Positions 26,532 to 36,475 of a DNA stretch of 53,254 nt are shown one piece after another. The stretch is taken from positions 1 to 53,254 of the IMG/VR virus record IMGVR_UViG_2563366998_000011. One strand, given 5' to 3'. Below the pieces are notes generated by a model that did not search any database, was not told where the DNA came from, and was given only the letters and a program-made list of their open reading frames with translations. Position numbers and translations under genes: made by a program. The number at the start of each line of letters is the position of its first letter. The first letter of the stretch is position 1. Origin of the DNA: a virus. Its lineage: Duplodnaviria; Heunggongvirae; Uroviricota; Caudoviricetes.

Positions 26532-26596
26532 AATGGCTTGATTTCTTTTTCCTGATCGTTGCGATTGTTCTCACTATGACAGCGCTTGCTCAATAG
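26528..26596 (+). CDS. Mini-ORF e (22 aa) hydrophobic peptide
   Basis: MKWLDFFFLIVAIVLTMTALAQ. Confidence 0.4.
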   Translation: MKWLDFFFLIVAIVLTMTALAQ

Positions 26597-26604
26597 GTGA
26601 AAGC

Positions 26605-26679
26605 ATGAACGCTATTGATATTATGTTGATCGTGTGTACCGTTGCATTAGTTATTATTGGGGTGATTATCAATGTCTGA
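26605..26679 (+). CDS. Mini-ORF f (24 aa) hydrophobic peptide
   Basis: MNAIDIMLIVCTVALVIIGVIINV; AGGTGA RBS. Confidence 0.4.
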   Translation: MNAIDIMLIVCTVALVIIGVIINV

Positions 26680-26740
26680 TGGTGATTTCTTAATCATGGC
26701 TATATGCACGCTGTTAACTGTTATTGTTTTCTTCGCGTAA
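26672..26740 (+). CDS. Mini-ORF g (22 aa) hydrophobic peptide
   Basis: MSDGDFLIMAICTLLTVIVFFA; overlaps ORF f by 8 nt. Confidence 0.35.
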   Translation: MSDGDFLIMAICTLLTVIVFFA

Positions 26741-26749
26741 AGGTAAACA

Positions 26750-26833
26750 ATGAAAGAATTATTCGATTGGTTGGAAGTATTAACATACTGTGCAAGTTTT
26801 GTTGCTTGCGTATATATCATCAATAAATATTGA
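26750..26833 (+). CDS. Mini-ORF h (27 aa) hydrophobic peptide
   Basis: MKELFDWLEVLTYCASFVACVYIINKY; AAGGT RBS. Confidence 0.4.
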   Translation: MKELFDWLEVLTYCASFVACVYIINKY

Positions 26834-26843
26834 GAGGTGAATT

Positions 26844-27359
26844 ATGGCCCGCACTAAAAAGGCAAAAGCTGACGACAAAAAGCCAGCCGCAAAAAGGGTG
26901 GGCCGTCCGCATGGTTATACCGAAGAAAAGGCGTTAGAAATCTGTGAACTGGTGGCGGACGGTCAGAGCGTTAACAAAATTTCGAAGATGCCTGGTATGC
27001 CTACCCGTTCAACAATCCTGAAATGGTTTAGAGACGTGCCGGAATTCTCGGACATGTACATGCGCGCGAAGGAAATCGGCTTCGAGGTATTAGCTGATGA
27101 GATCCTCGATATAGCTGATGATGCTAAGAACGTTGATAAAGACCAACTACGCCGCCACCAATTAATGATTGAAACGCGTAAATGGTTATTGGCTAAGCTA
27201 CAACCGCGCAAATACGGCGAACGCGTCACACAGGAGATCGTCGGTAACAAGGAAGAAGCACCCGTCCAGGTAGAAGTAAATCAGACTACTGTCCTTGAGA
27301 TAATCGATAACCTGAATAAGGAGTACAATACTCATGGAGACTGCGACGACAAAGATTGA
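26844..27359 (+). CDS. Terminase small subunit
   Basis: 171 aa; basic N-terminus with HTH-like segment; GAGAGGTGA RBS; immediately precedes large terminase. Confidence 0.7.
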   Translation: MARTKKAKADDKKPAAKRVGRPHGYTEEKALEICELVADGQSVNKISKMPGMPTRSTILKWFRDVPEFSDMYMRAKEIGFEVLADEILDIADDAKNVDKDQLRRHQLMIETRKWLLAKLQPRKYGERVTQEIVGNKEEAPVQVEVNQTTVLEIIDNLNKEYNTHGDCDDKD

Positions 27360-28848
27360 CAGAGAGGTTCTAAGGGGGTTGTGTGTTAAAGGTTGTGCTC
27401 CCAAAGACATATCAGCACCTTTGTTTTTTAGTTCCTACTTTTATAAGCAACAGGTTGGCAAGGACTTTTTGGTTGGGCGTCATCACAGAATAATTGCCGA
27501 TACGCTACAACGAGTTATTAATGGTGAAATCACCAGGTTGATAATCAACATCCCACCGGGCTATGGCAAAACAATGATTGCCACAATTCACATGATGGCC
27601 CGCTGCCTCGCAATAGAACCCCGCACCAGATTCCTGCATGTATCGTATTCACACGGACTCGCCTTGCTTAATTCCTCAGAGACAAGAAACATAATCACGA
27701 TGCCGCAATATCAGGAATTGTGGCCTATGCAAATGCGCAACGATTCGAACGCGAAAAACCTGTGGTGGACCACTCAGGGTGGCGGCGTGTATGCGACGTC
27801 ATCGCTTGGACAGGTGACAGGGTTCCGCGCCGGGTACATGGAACCTGGGTTTAACGGCGCAATGATTATTGATGACCCCCTGAAACCAGCTGACGCTTAT
27901 TCTGATGTGGTGCGAAAGCAGGTTAATACCAATTACAACGACACGCTTTCTTCGCGCCTGGCTGTGCAAACAACGCCAGTGATCGTCATCATGCAGCGTA
28001 TCCACTACGATGATTTATCCGGCTACCTGTTACGTGGCGGTAGTGGTGAGAAATGGCATCACCTTTGCCTGCCAGTGAAGATCGACAACAGTCTTGACTA
28101 TTGGGATCTGTACCCGGAAAACAAATTCGCTATTCCTGTTCCTCACAACCTGCCGGATGGCTGGCTATGGTTGCATAAGCATAGTGATAAAGATGAATCA
28201 ACTCTTAAATCACATCGCCGAACATTCGAAGCTCAATATATGCAGTGTCCGCGCAAGTTCGATCAAGAGGGCGCATTGTGGACTGAAGCGATGATAACCG
28301 CCGCGCACATGATGCAGATAACGCGGGAGAAAATTCGCACGGTGATAGCCATCGACCCGGCGACAACATCATCTGATGAGTCAGACGAAACAGGGATTGT
28401 AGCCTGTTCCGCTTATGGTGGTGGCAAGAATGCTCAGTATTCAGTAGACGGTGACTACTCAGGCCGCATGTCACCTAATGACTGGGCGCAAGCAGCAATG
28501 AACGCCTACAACATCCATGAAGCTGACGCGATGGTTATCGAAACCAACCAGGGTGGTGATATGGCAGAGGCCACACTACGCAATGCAGGATTTAAGGGCC
28601 GCATTGTTAAGGTGCACGCAAGCAAGGGTAAATTTGCCCGCGCCGAACCAATATCTGCATTGTATGCACAGGGTAGGGTAGCCCACACTGGCAGCCTGTA
28701 CACGCTGGAAAATCAAATGATGGAATATGTGCCAGCTACCGCTAAAAAATCCCCTGACCGTATGGATGCGATGGTATGGGGGATCACTGAATTAAGCCAA
28801 CCACAGGCGATGGGGCTTATGTTACCTAAACGCCTGCGCGGATTTTAA
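27334..28848 (+). CDS. Terminase large subunit
   Basis: 504 aa; Walker A-like INIPPGYGKTMIA; acidic nuclease-type motifs downstream (IIDDP, AIDPA); overlaps small subunit. Confidence 0.8.
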   Translation: METATTKIDREVLRGLCVKGCAPKDISAPLFFSSYFYKQQVGKDFLVGRHHRIIADTLQRVINGEITRLIINIPPGYGKTMIATIHMMARCLAIEPRTRFLHVSYSHGLALLNSSETRNIITMPQYQELWPMQMRNDSNAKNLWWTTQGGGVYATSSLGQVTGFRAGYMEPGFNGAMIIDDPLKPADAYSDVVRKQVNTNYNDTLSSRLAVQTTPVIVIMQRIHYDDLSGYLLRGGSGEKWHHLCLPVKIDNSLDYWDLYPENKFAIPVPHNLPDGWLWLHKHSDKDESTLKSHRRTFEAQYMQCPRKFDQEGALWTEAMITAAHMMQITREKIRTVIAIDPATTSSDESDETGIVACSAYGGGKNAQYSVDGDYSGRMSPNDWAQAAMNAYNIHEADAMVIETNQGGDMAEATLRNAGFKGRIVKVHASKGKFARAEPISALYAQGRVAHTGSLYTLENQMMEYVPATAKKSPDRMDAMVWGITELSQPQAMGLMLPKRLRGF

Positions 28849-28975
28849 GTTATTGATTATTATCAACTTCGAAAAATTTTCGAAGATGAACAAGAATAAT
28901 TCTCAATTGGCTACATAAAATCTGTCTCACAATCCCCCACAAGTTTTTCTATTTTTCGCGTAGCAACGCGTAAAC

Positions 28976-30382
28976 ATGTATTCAGGAGTAAACATTATGC
29001 CATCCAATTTAGAATTGGCGGTTAATGCTGCCTTGTCACAACGCAAGGCGGCCTTTGCCCGCTATGCAGCCGCTAACCCATTCTCAATGGGTATTGATGC
29101 AAAACGTGATGCTGCGTGGAGTGAATACGGATTCAAAGAAGAAATCACCTATGACGATTTATACAAACTGTATCGTCGCGGTGGTATCGCTCACGGTGCT
29201 ATTGAGAAGATCATCACTACGTGCTGGCGCACCAGGCCAACGCTGATCGAAGGTACGGAAGACGAGAAAGCAGAAAAGGAAACGCCGTGGGAAAGAGAAA
29301 TCAAAAAACAATTTGATAATCGTTTCTGGCGCGTCATAGCTGAATGTGATCGCCGCCGCCTCATTGGTCGTTATGCTGGCCTGTTGATTCATGTCAGAGA
29401 TAACCAGCCGTGGGATCAGCCAGTAACAAAAGGCGTAGGCATTGCCAAATTTACTCCAGTATGGGCTGGTGCTCTGACGCCGAAGGACTTCGAAGAAAAC
29501 CCGGATAAAGAAAACTATGGCCTGCCTACATGGTGGGAATACAAGGAGCGCATCAATAGTAAGACCATAGCAAGAAAGATACATCCAGACCGGATATTCA
29601 TCTTCGGTGACTATTCTGATGATGCTATCGCTTTCCTTGAGCCGTCCTATAACGCTTTTGTATCGCTGGAGAAAGTGGAAGGAGGTAGCGGTGAATCCTT
29701 TCTAAAAAACGCCGCACGTCAACTGGCTATCTCGTTCGATAAAGAGATTGATTTCCGTTCCCTGGCTGCAACATACGGTTGCGACGTTACAGAGCTACGC
29801 GAAAAATTCAATGAAGCGGCAGAGGATATAAACAAAGGGAATGATGTGATGATGGCATTACAGGGAGCCACCGTTAGCCCGCTGGTCACTGCCGTAGCAG
29901 ATCCGTCCGCAACCTATGACGTCAACCTGCAAACCGCCGCCGCTGGTATCGACATTCCAACGCGTATCCTGGTTGGGAATCAGCAGGGCGAACGCGCATC
30001 AACTGAAGACCTCCGCTACTTCAATAATCGCTGTATGACCCGCCGTGAGGAAATAGGAGGCGAGCTTGAGGAACTATTCCGCAAGATGGCAGATCTCCGC
30101 CTTATCAGTATGCCAGTCGATGTATCAGTGTTATGGGATGACCTTAACGCCATGACAAAAGCCGAACTACTGGAAGCGGCACACAAGATGGCGCAAATCA
30201 ATCAGGCATGTCTCGCTACTGGTGAGGAAATATTTAGCGGCGATGAGATCCGCGAAGCTGCCGGATATGAAGGGCCAACGCAGGAAGTAGAAGTGGAAGA
30301 CGAGGACGATAAAGATGAAGATGAAGATGAAAGTAAAGAGAATAATCAAAAAGATTCCGCCGTCCGCGATAATGCCATCTAA
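28976..30382 (+). CDS. Portal protein (putative)
   Basis: 468 aa; position between terminase and MuF-like head protein; acidic C-terminal tail. Confidence 0.6.
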   Translation: MYSGVNIMPSNLELAVNAALSQRKAAFARYAAANPFSMGIDAKRDAAWSEYGFKEEITYDDLYKLYRRGGIAHGAIEKIITTCWRTRPTLIEGTEDEKAEKETPWEREIKKQFDNRFWRVIAECDRRRLIGRYAGLLIHVRDNQPWDQPVTKGVGIAKFTPVWAGALTPKDFEENPDKENYGLPTWWEYKERINSKTIARKIHPDRIFIFGDYSDDAIAFLEPSYNAFVSLEKVEGGSGESFLKNAARQLAISFDKEIDFRSLAATYGCDVTELREKFNEAAEDINKGNDVMMALQGATVSPLVTAVADPSATYDVNLQTAAAGIDIPTRILVGNQQGERASTEDLRYFNNRCMTRREEIGGELEELFRKMADLRLISMPVDVSVLWDDLNAMTKAELLEAAHKMAQINQACLATGEEIFSGDEIREAAGYEGPTQEVEVEDEDDKDEDEDESKENNQKDSAVRDNAI

Positions 30383-31268
30383 CACCGAAGACCCGACCAT
30401 GACAGGTAAGTTGCGGTCTGGAGCTATTAAGCGTTTTAAATCCTGCCTGAAGAAAATAGCCGATCCATATATCGCCATACTGGACAAAATACAATATAGC
30501 CTGGCTGTTAATAAGAAATATACCTTCCAGATTTACATGGATGAATTGCACGACATGCTGGAGGACGCCAGCGACATGATTGATGATATATTCGAGCTAA
30601 CCGACCCGGAAAGTTTTTGGTTCTGGCAGGAATACGTGAAGGTCGCGTATCTGCGAGGCACGGCACAGGAATACGCCAACCTTGCTAACCAGTCTGTCAC
30701 GTACTCAAGCGTTTATCCCGATGTATCTGCCGTACTATCAAGCACAACCTACCGCACGCGCCTTGCCCTGGTCCGTACCCGTGTATTTGAGGAAATGCGC
30801 GGGCTGACAGCACAGATCAAAAAGGATATGGCCCGCCGACTAACTGAAGGCATGGCCCGTGGCTTAAACCCACTTGAAATAGCGCGCACATTGCAGCAGG
30901 AAACGCAATTGCCGCTATACAGGTGCAAACGTATTGCTCGAACTGAAATATGCACAGCGTTGCGCACAGCGCGTATGGATGAGGCAGAAGCAGCGTCAGA
31001 AGAGCTTAATTTGCGCACCATGCAAATGCATATTTCGGCATTATCACCGACTACCAGGTTATCACACGCACAGCGGCACGGGAAAACATACACCATAGAA
31101 GAGCAGCGCGAATGGTGGAGCAGATCCCCTAATTCAATTAACTGCAAATGTAGCACGATTACCGTATTAGTTGACGAAGACGGTAATATATTAAACAAAC
31201 GAATATTAGATCGGGCGCAAGAAAACTATAAGGTTGCGCACGCTAAATATGGCGAAGATTGGGAGTAA
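30372..31268 (+). CDS. Minor head / head morphogenesis protein (Mu F / SPP1 gp7-like)
   Basis: ORF 30315..31268, likely ATG at 30372 overlapping portal stop; position and size typical of MuF-like proteins. Confidence 0.55.
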   Translation: MPSNTEDPTMTGKLRSGAIKRFKSCLKKIADPYIAILDKIQYSLAVNKKYTFQIYMDELHDMLEDASDMIDDIFELTDPESFWFWQEYVKVAYLRGTAQEYANLANQSVTYSSVYPDVSAVLSSTTYRTRLALVRTRVFEEMRGLTAQIKKDMARRLTEGMARGLNPLEIARTLQQETQLPLYRCKRIARTEICTALRTARMDEAEAASEELNLRTMQMHISALSPTTRLSHAQRHGKTYTIEEQREWWSRSPNSINCKCSTITVLVDEDGNILNKRILDRAQENYKVAHAKYGEDWE

Positions 31269-31273
31269 AAATC

Positions 31274-32563
31274 GTGAGTAAAGAACTGATTCAGGTTAAT
31301 ACCAAATTAACCGCTAATACCATCCGCCGGGAAACATATAACGGGCGTGAACACATTGTAGTCCCGTCGTATACGTTGCCCTTCAATATCGTTATGAATC
31401 GTGAATATTACCCGGAAGCCGAAATCATTGCTAATTATCAATCTCTGGAAGGCACGCTCGCACCGCTGGGCCATCCTACGGTTGACGGCGAATTTGTTTC
31501 CGCATTTAGCCCTGAAGGTCTGAATATTGGCTTTTGTGGCGCATGGAACAGGAATGTAGAATTACGCGGGAACCGTGTTTATGTGGAAAAGTGGGTGGAT
31601 GTTGAAACCGCCAGCCATTCAGAACAAGGCCGCGAATTATTAAGCCGACTGGAAGCACTGGAAAAAGGCGAAAGCAAATATCCGATCTGGTCATCTGTTG
31701 CCGTATATCGTCAGCGTATGCCAGCTACTGAAGAAATGAAAGCCCAGGGCGCTGACAGCGTTGTCAAAATCATGTCGATTGACCATGACGCCATCTTACT
31801 GCATGAACCGCCAGCCGCATCGCCTGAACAGGGCGTTGGCCTGATGGTTAACACTGACCAGGCGAAACCGTTAATGGCGGTGGCAATGAAAGAAAACAGT
31901 TACCGTACGCTTGAGAAACAATTAACCGACGCGGCGCGTGAATTATTTCCTGATGCCGATTACGTGTATGTTGTGGACTTCACTGATAAAGAAGTGACGA
32001 TTGCCACTAATACCGAAAGTGCTCAAGTTTGCGCATATGAAAAACAGGCTGATAAAATTATTCTCAATAATGGCGAGCTTGCAACCAATGAGGAAAGTAA
32101 ATCATGGTTCGCTCAGTTCGCTGAACACCTGTCTAATCTTTTCTCCCTGAATGAAAAAATTAAGGCCAATAAATCGGAGGACGATCCCATGCCTTTGACC
32201 AAAGAAGAACGCGCCGAACTGGTAAAAGAAATTAACGAAGGCTTATCCGCCAATATCGCTAATGCAGTAGCAGAGGCATTAAAACCAGTACAGGCAAGCG
32301 TTGAAGAATTACAGACCAACCAAGAAGAATTACAGACCAACCAGAAAGCAATTAAAGAAGAAATTGCAGCAAACGCAAATAAAGAAGTAGCAGAAAAACG
32401 CGCCGCAGTAGCAAAAGTTCACGGAGAAATTGTTGCTAACGCATTAAGCGGTGAAGCATTAGAGGCAATGTTTAAATCCCTGGGTAAAGCAACTCCGCTA
32501 GCCGCCAACACAGCAAGTGAAGACAAAAAAGGTGAAGTCCCTGACTTTAACACTTATTTCTAA
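31274..32563 (+). CDS. Scaffolding protein (putative)
   Basis: ORF 31259..32563, probable GTG start at 31274 after GGGAG; C-terminal half coiled-coil-like (EELQTNQEELQTNQKAIKEEI); precedes capsid genes. Confidence 0.5.
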   Translation: MSKELIQVNTKLTANTIRRETYNGREHIVVPSYTLPFNIVMNREYYPEAEIIANYQSLEGTLAPLGHPTVDGEFVSAFSPEGLNIGFCGAWNRNVELRGNRVYVEKWVDVETASHSEQGRELLSRLEALEKGESKYPIWSSVAVYRQRMPATEEMKAQGADSVVKIMSIDHDAILLHEPPAASPEQGVGLMVNTDQAKPLMAVAMKENSYRTLEKQLTDAARELFPDADYVYVVDFTDKEVTIATNTESAQVCAYEKQADKIILNNGELATNEESKSWFAQFAEHLSNLFSLNEKIKANKSEDDPMPLTKEERAELVKEINEGLSANIANAVAEALKPVQASVEELQTNQEELQTNQKAIKEEIAANANKEVAEKRAAVAKVHGEIVANALSGEALEAMFKSLGKATPLAANTASEDKKGEVPDFNTYF

Positions 32564-32577
32564 CTGGAGGGAATACA

Positions 32578-33006
32578 ATGTCTCGTTTTCGTCGTGTAAA
32601 TATTGATGGTAAATCCATTACCGAAACCTACACTGCTAAGGTCGCAGTAAAACCAGGTGAACTGGTAAAACTGGACGGAGGTAAGTTTGCAAAAGCAACC
32701 AGTGCTGATGTCGGTGCAGCTCAGTTGTACATCGTCAACCCGGCATTCCACGAAGGCAAAACCATTACTGATGCAATCGCTGCAAATGAAACTGTTGTTG
32801 CTGATTATGTGGAACAGGGCCGAGAGTTTGCTCTCCTTGTTCCTGCAGCCGCTTATGTTAAGGGTGCAGCTATTGCTCTCGCAGCTGACGGGGTGAAACT
32901 GTTTGTTGCGCCAAGTGAACAGGCAGCGCCAGATCCGATCATCGCATACTGCCAGGAAGACGTAACCCTGGAAGCGGAAGATTTTATCCGCGTTCGCGTG
33001 GCTTAA
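32578..33006 (+). CDS. Head decoration / structural protein (putative)
   Basis: 142 aa; strong GGAGG RBS; immediately upstream of major capsid gene. Confidence 0.5.
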   Translation: MSRFRRVNIDGKSITETYTAKVAVKPGELVKLDGGKFAKATSADVGAAQLYIVNPAFHEGKTITDAIAANETVVADYVEQGREFALLVPAAAYVKGAAIALAADGVKLFVAPSEQAAPDPIIAYCQEDVTLEAEDFIRVRVA

Positions 33007-33023
33007 TTTAAAAGGGGAATAAC

Positions 33024-34088
33024 ATGTACTTTACTAAAGAAAACCTTGTCGCCAACTCCCGGATGCAGAGCCATTGGAAAGAACTGTGGGCGCAACGCAA
33101 TATCTTCAACGAGCAGCACAACGCCATGATTGCAGCAAATCAGGCAAATATGACCGCTGAAATGTTGACCTGTAACGCCGTCGGCGGCTTCGCAAAAGAA
33201 TTCTGGAAAGAAATCGATAACCAAATCATTGAACTGAACACCGAAGAGGTCGGTATCGAGATCGTAAACGACCTGATGGGTGTACAGACCGTATTACCAA
33301 TCGGTAAAACGCTGAAAATGTACAACGTATCCGGCGACATTAACGATGAGGTCGTAATGTCTATGGATGGTCAAGCGCCACACAGCTTTGATCACACCGA
33401 ATACGGCAGCGATGGCGACCCGATCCCGATGTTCGCAGCGGGTTACGGTGTTAACTGGCGTTTAGCTCAGGGCTTAAATACTGTAGGTATCGACCTTGCA
33501 TTAGACAGCCAGCGCCTTAAACTGAAAAAATTCAACAAAGCACGCGTCCAGTTCTACCTGAATGGTAACGATCGCATCGTGGTTGATGATCATAAAGCAA
33601 TGGGTATTAAAAACCACAAAAACACCCAGCAACTTAAACTGAAAACTGTTGCTAAAATCGACCTTACCACTGCGGCTTTCGATAAGATTATTGAATTCTT
33701 TACCACTGGTGAGTTCGGGAAACTGGCCCGCGCCAACTTCGTAGCTAAATACGATGTAATGTGGGTATCGCCAGAAATCATGGCTAACCTGGCACGCCCA
33801 CACATCGTTAATGGCGCAATTGTTGGTAGTGTGCTGGATGTTATCAAGCCGTTTGTCCCGGTTGGTGATATTCGCCAGACCTATGCGCTGACTGGCAACG
33901 AATTTATCGCTTATCAGCGTAGCCGCAGCGTCATCACCCCGCTGATTGGCATGACCACTGGCGTAGTTCCGTTACCGCGCATGATGCCGACTGATAACTA
34001 CAACTTCCGCATCATGTCCGCTGAGGGTCTGCAAATCACCCGTGACATGGAAGGTCGTTCAGGAGTGGTCTACGGCAGCAATACCTGA
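33024..34088 (+). CDS. Major capsid protein (putative)
   Basis: 354 aa; strong RBS; followed by strong terminator as typical for coat genes. Confidence 0.65.
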   Translation: MYFTKENLVANSRMQSHWKELWAQRNIFNEQHNAMIAANQANMTAEMLTCNAVGGFAKEFWKEIDNQIIELNTEEVGIEIVNDLMGVQTVLPIGKTLKMYNVSGDINDEVVMSMDGQAPHSFDHTEYGSDGDPIPMFAAGYGVNWRLAQGLNTVGIDLALDSQRLKLKKFNKARVQFYLNGNDRIVVDDHKAMGIKNHKNTQQLKLKTVAKIDLTTAAFDKIIEFFTTGEFGKLARANFVAKYDVMWVSPEIMANLARPHIVNGAIVGSVLDVIKPFVPVGDIRQTYALTGNEFIAYQRSRSVITPLIGMTTGVVPLPRMMPTDNYNFRIMSAEGLQITRDMEGRSGVVYGSNT

Positions 34089-34105
34089 TTGATATGTTTC
34101 TGTAG

Positions 34106-34136
34106 CTCCCCGGCGCAATGCCGGGGATTTTTTTTG
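34106..34136 (+). terminator. Intrinsic terminator after major capsid gene
   Basis: hairpin CCCCGGCGCAATGCCGGGG followed by T8. Confidence 0.7.
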
Positions 34137-34153
34137 TATGTGGAGAAAACAAA

Positions 34154-34540
34154 ATGGTTACCACACAACAGGCGCGGGAATATCTCGAAAGCCAGGGGAT
34201 TGAAATACCAGACGTGGTTTTATCTTTGCTGGTGGAGCAGGCAAATAGCGTTAATGAATGCCTTGATGCCAATTATCCGTCCTCCACTGCAACATTGATT
34301 CAGCTTTATCTCATTGGCCTGTTAGGACTCAGCCAGGCTGATAAATACGTTTCCTCGCAGACTGGTCCGAACGGTGCAAGCCAGTCTTACCGCTATGTCG
34401 ATTTTAATAAGCGATGGAAGGCGGCCTATTCGTTGCTTTACTCACTGGACAAACACCATTGTACAGCCGAACTAATTCCACCAGATCCAGAAAACACCGC
34501 GCACGCCGGGCTGTGGATTGGTAAGAGCAGGAGGATGTGA
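34154..34540 (+). CDS. Head completion / head-tail connector protein (putative)
   Basis: ORF 34118..34540, ATG at 34154 after GGAG; position. Confidence 0.45.
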   Translation: MVTTQQAREYLESQGIEIPDVVLSLLVEQANSVNECLDANYPSSTATLIQLYLIGLLGLSQADKYVSSQTGPNGASQSYRYVDFNKRWKAAYSLLYSLDKHHCTAELIPPDPENTAHAGLWIGKSRRM

Positions 34541-34728
34541 CAATGTGGAACGACCTGACATTACCAAATCCAGTATTGCCGAAACCATTTACCCGCGTGT
34601 GGGTTAAAACGGATAGCGGACGCCAGGTGGCGGCCTACCTCAATGATGCTGGCTTATGGGTAATTCTTTGCCCGCGCGTGGCGAAAACTCATCCAAAGGT
34701 CATTAGCTGGAGTTACGGCTATGAGTAA
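34537..34728 (+). CDS. Hypothetical structural protein
   Basis: 63 aa ORF, coupled. Confidence 0.4.
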   Translation: MTMWNDLTLPNPVLPKPFTRVWVKTDSGRQVAAYLNDAGLWVILCPRVAKTHPKVISWSYGYE

Positions 34729-35089
34729 GATTGCGCGATTCAGTTACAAGGCATTAGCCACCATCTACCCCGTAACGCATGACGACTGGACAAACGCCGA
34801 CGTATACGGCGCACCATACCTGATTAACTGCGCATGGGAGCGCACCGACGGCACTGCAACAGACACAAACGGTAATGAGGTTAGCAATACAATAACCGTA
34901 TTTACCGAACTGCTTCATAATATGCAGCCAGTGCAGCGCCCGAAAAACGGCTGGATGATTGCCACTGGCGACACCACTAATATTTCCGACCCGCTGGTGG
35001 CTGGGGCCAACGTTATTACCGGGATCGTTGAATGGGATATGAGCATGTTTAACGACACGCCGGATTATAAGATCGTGACAGGGGGTTAA
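34721..35089 (+). CDS. Head-tail adaptor (putative)
   Basis: 122 aa ORF; position. Confidence 0.4.
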   Translation: MSKIARFSYKALATIYPVTHDDWTNADVYGAPYLINCAWERTDGTATDTNGNEVSNTITVFTELLHNMQPVQRPKNGWMIATGDTTNISDPLVAGANVITGIVEWDMSMFNDTPDYKIVTGG

Positions 35090-35091
35090 TC

Positions 35092-35556
35092 ATGCCTATC
35101 AAGGGGGTTAAACGCGTCCGTGAGAGATTAAAGCAGGAACTAAAGGAAATCACCGATAAAAAGACGCACGAAGTTTTATGGCGCGTCGGTATGCTGGCTG
35201 GTGGCTTCGCGGCAAACATGACACCAGTTGATACGGGTTTTTTAATTAACAGCCAATTTCAATATATAGGTAACACGGCGGACGGTATGCAATTACGCCT
35301 GGGATATACGGCCCGCTACGCTGAATGGGTGCACAATATGCCGGGTACATTAAAAGGCCAGCCGCGCGAAGATTTCGGCAAAACGAATAACCTTTCAGAT
35401 TTCGGACCGAAACAGGTAATTAGTTTTGGTGGTGGTACTGGAAAGGGTAATTATTGGGATCCAAATGCGGAGCCTGGATTCTTGCGTAAGGCATTCGAAG
35501 ATCCTAACCACGCCGATGATATTTATAAAGAAATTGTAGAAGGTTACAAAGTATGA
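35092..35556 (+). CDS. Head-tail joining protein (HK97 gp10-like, putative)
   Basis: 154 aa; position and size. Confidence 0.45.
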   Translation: MPIKGVKRVRERLKQELKEITDKKTHEVLWRVGMLAGGFAANMTPVDTGFLINSQFQYIGNTADGMQLRLGYTARYAEWVHNMPGTLKGQPREDFGKTNNLSDFGPKQVISFGGGTGKGNYWDPNAEPGFLRKAFEDPNHADDIYKEIVEGYKV

Positions 35557-35939
35557 AACGCAGCGAAGTTTACGACGAAATAAGGGATTGGATTCAATCC
35601 CACGGATACGATGAAGGCTATATTTTGCAGGCCCGTTTCTGGAATGAGCGAAGTAATTCGAATAATGACAGATACATCGTGATCCAGCAAAACGGCGGCG
35701 CGGCTGGTGAGGAAGCAATAACCCGTGATTATTTCCGCATCCTGGTTATTTCAGCGCGTAATGATGCAAATATCAGTGAGGTGGAAGACCTTGCCGATGC
35801 CATCCGTCAAAGTATGTTAACAGAATATAAAACTGATAAAATTACACACATGAAGCCAGTTGGCGCTATTCCTGCAATACAGACAAGAGAAGGGCGCTTT
35901 ATTTTTACCGTAGCCTTTCAAACCATCATATCAAGATAA
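35553..35939 (+). CDS. Tail completion protein (putative)
   Basis: 128 aa; position before major tail gene. Confidence 0.4.
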   Translation: MKRSEVYDEIRDWIQSHGYDEGYILQARFWNERSNSNNDRYIVIQQNGGAAGEEAITRDYFRILVISARNDANISEVEDLADAIRQSMLTEYKTDKITHMKPVGAIPAIQTREGRFIFTVAFQTIISR

Positions 35940-35952
35940 GAGGTAAATTAAC

Positions 35953-36429
35953 ATGTCTCAGACTTGCGAAAAAGGCACGTTTACAGGCCGTGACGTTGCT
36001 GTATTCTTCGCTATCGCTTGTCCAAATGCGAAGCCGGAAGCTGAAGCGTACAAAGCGTTAGGCATGATGCGTGGTAAAACACTTTCCGTTGAATGGGAAA
36101 CCGCTGACGCCACCGCCGATAAATCAGCCGATTACACGAAAGAATCAATGGTTACTTACAAATCCGTTTCTTTCTCCGGCGACGGTGTGTCCCGCACTGA
36201 AGAAATCCATAATCAGAAAGCGCTGAAACGCCACGTAATTACGCCAGGTGAAACCACCGGATCACAACCTTATGTATGGCTGAAGATCGTTTCTCCTGTA
36301 GACGTAACTGAAGGCCCATTCCTTTGCACTTCCTTTAAAGAAGAAGATCCGCATGATGATGTTTCCACCTGGTCTATTGAGTGCGAAAGCGCTGGCAAGG
36401 TAACGGTAGGCGACGTTCCGCCAGCATAA
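35953..36429 (+). CDS. Major tail protein (putative)
   Basis: 158 aa; position before chaperone and tape measure. Confidence 0.5.
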   Translation: MSQTCEKGTFTGRDVAVFFAIACPNAKPEAEAYKALGMMRGKTLSVEWETADATADKSADYTKESMVTYKSVSFSGDGVSRTEEIHNQKALKRHVITPGETTGSQPYVWLKIVSPVDVTEGPFLCTSFKEEDPHDDVSTWSIECESAGKVTVGDVPPA

Positions 36430-36475
36430 CAGCCAATATTAACAATCGGGGCCATTTGGCCCCTTTTCTTTTAAG

